A DNA stretch of 64,000 nt from an uncultured Gemmatimonadales bacterium (lineage in GTDB: Bacteria; Gemmatimonadota; Gemmatimonadetes; Gemmatimonadales; GWC2-71-9): positions 192,001 through 256,000 of the forward strand of contig CAVUAK010000001.1 of assembly GCA_963739455.1 (NCBI GenBank), in the 5' to 3' direction. The notes below the pieces were generated by a model. That model saw only the letters and a list, made by a program, of their open reading frames with translations. It did no database searches and was not told where the DNA came from. Positions 49,007 through 55,995 of the stretch are shown in pieces; the first letter of the stretch is position 1, and each line of letters begins with the position of its first letter. The position numbers and the translations under genes were made by a program.

Positions 49007-51430
49007 CTACCGGCCGGTCGGGGTGGACCAGCCCGTCCACCATGGCAGGCTGCCCGGGCCGGTCGCGCCCAGGTAGGTCGCCGAGACGTCGAAGAAACCG
49101 TCGTTGGGTGGCGTGGCACCGGTTGCCGTCGCCGCGGCACCGATCGGCGTGTAGTTCGCGATCGTCGTGAACGGCGACGCGATGAAGCTCGTCGTCGCAC
49201 CCGCCGGAACCGCCATGGCATTGCTCGGGTAGGTGATGGTGCCAGCCAGCCCGTAACCGGGGAGGAGGCTGTAGTCCTGCGTCCCGCCGGTGTACCCGAT
49301 CCACGTCGCTTCCAGGTCGCTGTTAGCGGCGTTCACCGTGTACTGACCACAGACCGTGCCAGGCGTCGGCAGGACTGGGTCCCCGGTGTCACCATCGCCG
49401 TTCGCCGAGTTGCCGAAGAACATGGCGTTGCGGAACGTCAGCGAATCCTTGGCGATCACCTTGCAGATATCCTGCGACAGCACCAGGCCGGCAGTTGCGC
49501 CAGCGGGCTGGTCGATATCGAGACCCGCCTTCCAGCCACCGACCAGGAAGTTGCGCAGCGTCCCGCCGGTGTTCTGGCGCAGGATGACACCCGCCGTAAC
49601 GGAGGAGGTGGTCGGGTCCGGCGCGCCCAGCAGCGTGAAGTTGTAGAGCGTCGGCGCCGAACGCGGCGCTGCTTCCGGGTCGGTCCCGTTGCCGTCGATG
49701 CCGAAGTTGTCGGCCTCGATGCCACGATCACAGCCGGTCTGGCAGCCGCGCACGATCACGAACTGCGCCTTGCCCCGGTAGCCAGCCACCCAGTCGAATC
49801 CGTCATCCTGGGTGCGGTTGATCACGAGGTGCTTCACGTTCACGGTGCCGCCGAAGAACTCGACGCCGTCATCCAGGCCGTTGTCGGTGCTTACGTAGTC
49901 GATGGTCGTTCCACTGCCGATGCCCTGCAGCGTGAGCGAGTTGCGCTCGTTCGTTGCCGTGAAGCGCGTACCGGCGTTGACGATGCGAACGTACGTCAGG
50001 CTGCCGCTGTTGTCGGCCGGGTCGTTGCCGCCGTAGGGGCCGGTGTTGCCCTCACCGGTCGGGCAGATGCCGCCCGAGCCCGCACCGCGACCGGCCTGGT
50101 CGCCCGGAACCGTCACGGCCGGACAGGCGGAGCCGTTGTTCACCGGCGCCAATCCGTTGATGTAGACACCGCCGAAGCAGCCGGCGCCGAACGGGCCACC
50201 GTTGGTGGCCGAGGCCACCGGCTCATAGCAGTTGAACTCGACCGGCTTGAGGAACGTGCCATTCGCGAAGATCTGCGAGTTGCGGTCGATCACCAGCGTG
50301 TTGCTGTCCGACAGCACCAGAGTGCCCGGCCCGATCGTGAGCTTGGCGCCGGTGACGTTGCAGACCGGGTTGGCGCCGGTCGGCTTCGGGATCACCCACA
50401 CATGCGTGGAATCCCACGTGGTGTTCACCGTGATCGGGCAGCTCACCACCTGCTCCGAGGCCAGCGCGCCGCGGCCGGCGATCTGCTTGCCGGCCACCGG
50501 ACGGGTGCCCGGGGCCACCGCTTCGTTCGCAATTTCGAGCGCGTCGATCAGGTTGATCGTGCCCGAGTTCGGGTTGCTGCAGCTCTCGAGGCCGGGACGG
50601 CAGGCACCAGCGAGGCCACCGTTGGTCGGCTGCACGTTCGCCGCCACCACCAGGTCCTTGCGTGATGCACTTCCGATGGCTCCATCAGTGCCCTGGATCG
50701 CGAACAGGTTGCCCACCGCGACGTTGCTGACATCGAGCGCATCGGCGAGGGACACGCCGCCGCTCAGGTTCACGTCACCATACTTGAGGTTGACGAGTCC
50801 CAGGTCGCCCGGGTTGGCGCTGATCGGGCCGGTCGGCCGGTAGCCGGCGTCGAGCAGCCCCTGCCAGTCCTGCACGGTGAGGATGCGGGCCGACTCCGGC
50901 ACGCTGAAGTTCCCCACTCGCACTTCCGGATCCACGTTCGCTCGCTTCACGTACAGCAGCTGCTGGCCTGCGGTGCCACCGATCTCATAGTCGAACTTGA
51001 GGCTCGCCGCGTAGTTGGCACGCGTCACTTCGAACAACAGCACCGATGCGTGCTCCGGCAATCCCGCCGGGTTCAGCACGCCCAGCCGCAGGCTGCCCTC
51101 ACGCGCCGCGGAGGCGTTGACGATCGTCGCCGTCGAGCGATCCTCCGGCTGGCCCACATAGCGGAGCGCCGCAGGACTGAAATGCAACGTGCCCTGCAGG
51201 GCGCCCAGCGACTTCCCGTCGATCTTCCCGACGCGAAGGGCCACGGCCACGCGCTGGCCGACCGGCGTATTCAGGTTCGAAACCTCGACCGCGAGGTTCA
51301 CATCCTGGCTTGACTCGGGCACCGCCGCCGGCTCGCTCGGCACGCCATGGTCGCTGTTACAGGCAGCGGCCAGGACGAGTCCGGCGGCGACCAGCGCGCG
51401 CTCGAATCGTGAGTTGAGGTGCAATCGCAT
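49007..51430 (-). CDS. Lipoprotein: cohesin-like + dockerin-like + acidic beta-helix domain of the TBDR-associated type
   Basis: AAAC lipobox; VGQRVAVAL..LGALQGTLHFSPAALRY; YGDVNLSGGVSLADAL...NSGTINLIDALEIAN; YGGNDPADNSGSLTYVRI, DDGVEFFGGTVN, DDGFDW..GYRGK.QF and GIEADN. Confidence 0.85.
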   Translation of the reverse strand: MRLHLNSRFERALVAAGLVLAAACNSDHGVPSEPAAVPESSQDVNLAVEVSNLNTPVGQRVAVALRVGKIDGKSLGALQGTLHFSPAALRYVGQPEDRSTATIVNASAAREGSLRLGVLNPAGLPEHASVLLFEVTRANYAASLKFDYEIGGTAGQQLLYVKRANVDPEVRVGNFSVPESARILTVQDWQGLLDAGYRPTGPISANPGDLGLVNLKYGDVNLSGGVSLADALDVSNVAVGNLFAIQGTDGAIGSASRKDLVVAANVQPTNGGLAGACRPGLESCSNPNSGTINLIDALEIANEAVAPGTRPVAGKQIAGRGALASEQVVSCPITVNTTWDSTHVWVIPKPTGANPVCNVTGAKLTIGPGTLVLSDSNTLVIDRNSQIFANGTFLKPVEFNCYEPVASATNGGPFGAGCFGGVYINGLAPVNNGSACPAVTVPGDQAGRGAGSGGICPTGEGNTGPYGGNDPADNSGSLTYVRIVNAGTRFTATNERNSLTLQGIGSGTTIDYVSTDNGLDDGVEFFGGTVNVKHLVINRTQDDGFDWVAGYRGKAQFVIVRGCQTGCDRGIEADNFGIDGNGTDPEAAPRSAPTLYNFTLLGAPDPTTSSVTAGVILRQNTGGTLRNFLVGGWKAGLDIDQPAGATAGLVLSQDICKVIAKDSLTFRNAMFFGNSANGDGDTGDPVLPTPGTVCGQYTVNAANSDLEATWIGYTGGTQDYSLLPGYGLAGTITYPSNAMAVPAGATTSFIASPFTTIANYTPIGAAATATGATPPNDGFFDVSATYLGATGPGSLPWWTGWSTPTGR

Positions 51431-51456
51431 GGATCACGTTCTCCAGTCTTCGGGTG

Positions 51457-51494
51457 ATTCCGGACCCGGCCAGTGCTCCTGGCCGGGCCGGAAT
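51457..51494 (-). terminator. Strong intra-operon stem-loop (attenuator or 3' stabiliser)
   Basis: ATTCCGGACCCGGCCAG-tgctc-CTGGCCGGGCCGGAAT; no U-tract. Confidence 0.6.
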
Positions 51495-51505
51495 GAACTG
51501 TTGGT

Positions 51506-53446
51506 TCAGGGCGTGGTCGGGATCGTGGTCGACCCGTCGTTGCCCTGCACGAAGGCGCTCACGTTGATCGTGCCCGTGGTGATCGCGTTGTAGATGTTGA
51601 CGTCGAAGGCCGAGAGCGCGGCGGTGGTGGCCAGCGATGCACCCGGGAGCAGCTCGAACGTGCATGAGCCGATCGGGATGTTGGCGCTGTTGGCGACACC
51701 AGTGCCTGCCTGGACCGCACCCGGCACCAGCACGCCCGGGGTGGCGGTACCGACGGTGAAGATCGTCCACGCCCGGCCCGGCGCGCAGTTGGACGTCGGG
51801 TCGTTGTCGAGGATCTGGAGGCGCGACGTCGGGTAGGTCGAGTTGAACTGGATCGTGTTCAACCGGTCCGTCGCCGCTTCCGTCGCGTCGTTGCGCGTGC
51901 TCATGTCGATGCGCCACGAGATCGTGATCAGCTGCCGCGCCTGGCCCAGCGCGTTGGTGCCCGCCGTAACCGGGCTCCACGTCGCGTACGCCTGGTAGAA
52001 TGACGGGGCCGGTGAGCAGGTCACCGCGAATGACACCGTCTGCGCCGCCGCGCCGGTGAGCCCGCTGTAGTTGGCCGCCGTCGCACCGGTGAAGCTGGTC
52101 GGCGTGCAGCTGGCCGGAATGCCGGTCACCGACACCGTGCCGGCGCCGCCCGGGGCGACGTACTGCACCGCGCTGCTGAAGGCACCAGCGGCGCTCGGGC
52201 TGATCGTCACCGGCGGAAGGCCGGCACCGGTCGGCGTGATCGTCACCGACGCGCCCGCGAGCGACGGCGCCACGGCCAGGCCACCGGCCAGCGTGACGTT
52301 GATCGTGCCGTTGACGGTGCCGGTCAGGGCGCTGCAGGTGACGCTGACGTCGGGCAGGGAAACAGTGCCGGCAGTGCTGATCGCCGGGACCGCGACGCCA
52401 GCCGGGGCAACGCAGCCGCTCGGCAGGTTGGTCAGCGTCAGCGTGCGCGCCGGACCAGCCGTCACATTGTTGATGATGAGGTTGTACGCCGGGGCGGCCG
52501 CGTTCGTGCTGACGCCGCTGAAGCCGCCGGGGGCGATCGTGCCCGTGGCGCCGGTGATCACGCCGATCTGCGGGGAAGACACCCGTGCCTGCACCGTCGC
52601 CGTCACCGCCGGGCCGCTGTTCTGCAGGTCGGCCGCGGTGAGGATCAGGGAACGGAAGTTGGAAACCGTCGCGTCGATGATGTAGCCGACCGTCTGGGTC
52701 GAGCTGCTCGCCAGCGGCCCGAGCGGGGCGCCGAAGGCCTCGTAGCGATAGCAGTCGTTCGCCGCTGCCGCTGCGCAATCGCTGTCGTTGAACCAGTTCC
52801 ACGGCGCGCCGTTGAGCGCCGCGGTACCGTCGCCATTCCAGTCATCGCTCGTGGTCACTTCGCCCCGGTTCGGCATCACGATGATCACTTCGTTCTGGCT
52901 GCCGGTGGCGCCGCCAGTGGTCGTGGTCACGTTGTTGGCGAAGGGGAAGCTGTAGATAGCCTGTGCGGTGAGGCTCGGCGGGGTCGGAAATGCCACGTTG
53001 CTGTTGCCGCCTGGACGGACCAGCTGCACCCCGCTCAGCTTGTTGGTCAGGGTGATGTCGAACGTCACCCGGATCTTGCCCGGGGGGGCGTTCACGCCCG
53101 GCAGGCCGGCGTTGAAGTTGGAGGCCGTGATGTCAATGACGTCACCACCCTGCAGGCCGGCGTTGATGTCCTTCGACACGCCACGACCCTTCCCGGCTGA
53201 CCCGATGCTCCCGCTCAATCCCGTCACGGGCGCCGACACCTTCACCGTCTTCTTCGCGACGTTCACGTCGAACACAAACGCTGCCTGGTTGAACTGCGGA
53301 TTCGGTGCCGGGTCACCCGGAACGTCCGGGCCGGCGGGCGAATCGGACTTCGCGCTGCAAGCGCCGAGTCCGAGTGCGGCGGCGGTGACCAGCATGGTCA
53401 TCGTGCGCGCGTTGACGCCCCGGTTGAGGGGGAAACCGAGAAACAT
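51506..53446 (-). CDS. Ala/Thr/Gly/Pro-rich surface lipoprotein with two Cys-bridged Ig-like modules and a C-terminal cohesin-like domain
   Basis: AGGAGG RBS before ATG 53446; LGAC lipobox; LTLTNLPSGC...VSVTC and VSVTGIPASC...FAVTC; C-terminal TIFTVGTATPGVLVPG...IGSCTFELL. Confidence 0.8.
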   Translation of the reverse strand: MFLGFPLNRGVNARTMTMLVTAAALGLGACSAKSDSPAGPDVPGDPAPNPQFNQAAFVFDVNVAKKTVKVSAPVTGLSGSIGSAGKGRGVSKDINAGLQGGDVIDITASNFNAGLPGVNAPPGKIRVTFDITLTNKLSGVQLVRPGGNSNVAFPTPPSLTAQAIYSFPFANNVTTTTGGATGSQNEVIIVMPNRGEVTTSDDWNGDGTAALNGAPWNWFNDSDCAAAAANDCYRYEAFGAPLGPLASSSTQTVGYIIDATVSNFRSLILTAADLQNSGPAVTATVQARVSSPQIGVITGATGTIAPGGFSGVSTNAAAPAYNLIINNVTAGPARTLTLTNLPSGCVAPAGVAVPAISTAGTVSLPDVSVTCSALTGTVNGTINVTLAGGLAVAPSLAGASVTITPTGAGLPPVTISPSAAGAFSSAVQYVAPGGAGTVSVTGIPASCTPTSFTGATAANYSGLTGAAAQTVSFAVTCSPAPSFYQAYATWSPVTAGTNALGQARQLITISWRIDMSTRNDATEAATDRLNTIQFNSTYPTSRLQILDNDPTSNCAPGRAWTIFTVGTATPGVLVPGAVQAGTGVANSANIPIGSCTFELLPGASLATTAALSAFDVNIYNAITTGTINVSAFVQGNDGSTTIPTTP

Positions 53447-53524
53447 GCGACCTCCTGAAGTTGGTGGGCTGGCGACTGCGGTTACCGCAGCGACCACAAG
53501 ATCCCGCCCACCACACACAGCACG

Positions 53525-53584
53525 GTGATTCCTCTGTAGCACGTTGATAAGCGACGGAGGCGCAATCGGTGACACCGTTGTGAT
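53525..53584 (-). promoter_or_regulatory. Internal Pho-box-like 11-bp-periodic array
   Basis: Minus strand: ATCAC(53584), GTCAC(53573), CGCCT, CTTAT(53551), GCTAC(53540), ATCAC(53529). Confidence 0.5.
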
Positions 53585-53589
53585 GTCGC

Positions 53590-55995
53590 TCACGGCGCGG
53601 TGAACGTTCCCTCGACCACGCGCGTGAGCGAGCCATAGCTGAAATCACCAGTCGCCGGCGTGCCTAGCAGCGCGCCGAGGATGCTTTGTGTCGTTGTCGT
53701 GGTACCTGGCGCACCAATGACATCGAACTTCACCCGTGCGATCGGTACCACACTCTGGGAGTTCTGCGCGGTCACCGATCCGCTGAAGCTGATGTCACCC
53801 TGCGGCGCGTTCGTGAAGTTGAACCCGCCCGGTGTACCCGAATCGATGTTGAGCGCGAAGAAGCGAAGCACCGCCGGGTCCCACTTGAGGCGCACCACCG
53901 CCCACGCGGCGAGCGCCTCCGGCCCCGGGGTCTGCGGGATATCAGTGGTCAGGTCGAACAGGATGGTCAGCGTCACCTGGCCGTTCACTACCGGCCCGAA
54001 GGACGATGACCAGGTGAAGGGTTGCCCGCCGCCACCTCCTCCGTCGGAGATGGTGACGCCGGCCGTGGCCGAGTTCTGGGCGCCGGAGTTGTCAGTCACC
54101 GTGAGCGTCGCGGTGTACGAGCCCGCCGCGGCATAGGCATGCGGGGCGACAGCGCCACTGCCCGTGGCACCGTCACCGAAGTTCCAGGCATATGACACGA
54201 TGCTGCCGTCGGGATCGCTCGACGCCGAGCCATCGAACGAAATCGACGCCCCGACTGACCCGGCATACGGGCCGCCCGGACGTGCGATCGGTGGCAGGTT
54301 GCCTCCACCGCCGCCCTCGCTGATCGTCGCCGTCGTCGTCGCCGTCGAGCTGGCACCGAGGTTGTCGGTTACCCGCAGCGACACCGTGAACGGACTGCCG
54401 CTGGTGCTGGTGTACGTATGGCTCGGCGTTGGCCCGATCGCGGTGCCACCGTCGCCGAACGACCACTCATAGGTCGCAATCGTTCCGTCGGGATCCGACG
54501 ATCCCGCGCCGTTGAACGCGATCGGCGATCCCACGGTCCCGCTGTACGGACCACCCGGTGCCGCCACCGGCGGCTGGTTCGTGCTGCCGCCACCAGTCCC
54601 CACCGTCAGCGTCGCTTCCTGCTTGCGCACCTGATCCGAGATGTTGAGCACCTCAGTCGGGTTTGCGGCGGTGTTCGCACTGACCTCGATGCCGGTCGTC
54701 TGCGTCGTGAACGTGGCGCCGTTGGCGGCTCCCGGGAGCACGGTGAAGTACAGCCTTGCCACGGTCACCAGCCCCGGCACGCCAAGGCCCGCCTTCACGC
54801 CGCCCGGGATGACCTGACCCGGGGTTGCCGTGCCGACGACGAAGATCGTGTTCAGCTGGCCCGCCAGCGCACTGTCGTACTGCACCACCGCCTGGTCGAA
54901 GGTGATCGTCGCCTGGGCCGTCGTGGCCCGCTTGTCCGGCTCGGCGCGCAGGTCGAGTTGCACCAGGAGCTCAACCACCGAACCCGCCGGTGATGTCGCC
55001 GGAGTGAAGGTGCTCGTCAGGATGAACGGCTTGTTGCCCGCGTCGGGATCAGTGCAGGTCACCGTGAAGGTGCGTTCGGTGGTCACGCCCGCCGTCACCG
55101 GTACGTCATCCAGCGTGGCCCCACCTTCCACCGTGCAGTTGTCCGGCACCTCCTGCAGCAGCACCTGGTAGCTGCCCGGCCGGAGCCCCGTCAGCAACTC
55201 CGTGCTGTTGGCGCTCGATGTCGTCTGCTCGATCACCACCGCCTGCAGTGAATCGGTGATCCCGACCACCTTGAGGTGATAGTTGGCCGGCAGGTCGTCG
55301 CCCGTCGTCGCGATCGTGAGCTTGAGGTCGCCCAGCGACGGATCGCTGCACGACACGAGGTAGGACACCGCCTGCACCGTGTTGAGCCCCTGGTCCGTGA
55401 CGGTGACATTCCGCTGAAGGCTGTCGACCGGGACACAGTTGGGCGCGAGATCGCCCAGGACGATGTGATACGCGCCCGGCCGGAGCGGCGACACGGTCCT
55501 GGTGCCGGTAGCATCCAGCTGCACGACCGCGGTGTCCGTGGCACTGCTGATGTGCGCCTCGAACCCGTCCGGGTCGAGCGCCACGGCCGGTCCCTGGGTC
55601 TTCGTCTGGATCGTGATGCCCGGCAGCGGCGGGGTGGACGTTCCCGACACCGTGGTGAAGCCGAGGCTCGAGCCCTGGCGATCGATGACCTCGAGCCGGT
55701 AGCCGTAACGCGTGTCCGGCCGGACTGCCTGGTCGAGGTATTCGCTTTGGCTGCGATTGACGTTGTCTGCCAGCAGGTCGAATGGCCCGGTGAGGTTTTC
55801 CCTGCGGTACAGCCGGTAGAAGCTGGCGTCGTCCACCGGGGTCCACCGCACTCGGACTGACCTGAGGTTGAGGGCCTCCGCCGAGAACGGCATCGCGCTG
55901 GGTTCGGGCGCGCTGTCTTCGCCGTGGCATCCCGCAGCGACTAGCAGCAGCAGGCCGACGGTGTACCGGGCAATCGAGCGGAGGCTAGAACGCAT
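53590..55995 (-). CDS. Scaffoldin-like lipoprotein: Fn3 - Ig - Ig - cohesin-like - PKD - PKD - cohesin-like
   Basis: AAGC lipobox; VRVRW..Y.LYR..Y.D..V.P.TRY.Y (Fn3); two N.PP.A.PGGPY..SSDPDG.I..Y.W.FGDG (PKD); QATITFDQAVVQY..VARLYFTV and LKWDPAVLRF..IARVKFDV; Gly linkers. Confidence 0.82.
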   Translation of the reverse strand: MRSSLRSIARYTVGLLLLVAAGCHGEDSAPEPSAMPFSAEALNLRSVRVRWTPVDDASFYRLYRRENLTGPFDLLADNVNRSQSEYLDQAVRPDTRYGYRLEVIDRQGSSLGFTTVSGTSTPPLPGITIQTKTQGPAVALDPDGFEAHISSATDTAVVQLDATGTRTVSPLRPGAYHIVLGDLAPNCVPVDSLQRNVTVTDQGLNTVQAVSYLVSCSDPSLGDLKLTIATTGDDLPANYHLKVVGITDSLQAVVIEQTTSSANSTELLTGLRPGSYQVLLQEVPDNCTVEGGATLDDVPVTAGVTTERTFTVTCTDPDAGNKPFILTSTFTPATSPAGSVVELLVQLDLRAEPDKRATTAQATITFDQAVVQYDSALAGQLNTIFVVGTATPGQVIPGGVKAGLGVPGLVTVARLYFTVLPGAANGATFTTQTTGIEVSANTAANPTEVLNISDQVRKQEATLTVGTGGGSTNQPPVAAPGGPYSGTVGSPIAFNGAGSSDPDGTIATYEWSFGDGGTAIGPTPSHTYTSTSGSPFTVSLRVTDNLGASSTATTTATISEGGGGGNLPPIARPGGPYAGSVGASISFDGSASSDPDGSIVSYAWNFGDGATGSGAVAPHAYAAAGSYTATLTVTDNSGAQNSATAGVTISDGGGGGGQPFTWSSSFGPVVNGQVTLTILFDLTTDIPQTPGPEALAAWAVVRLKWDPAVLRFFALNIDSGTPGGFNFTNAPQGDISFSGSVTAQNSQSVVPIARVKFDVIGAPGTTTTTQSILGALLGTPATGDFSYGSLTRVVEGTFTAP

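Noticed and set aside
53447..53593. 49-aa N-terminal extension of the 695-aa ORF
   Set aside because: A strong RBS and signal peptide begin at 53446; the upstream part is better explained as promoter/leader.
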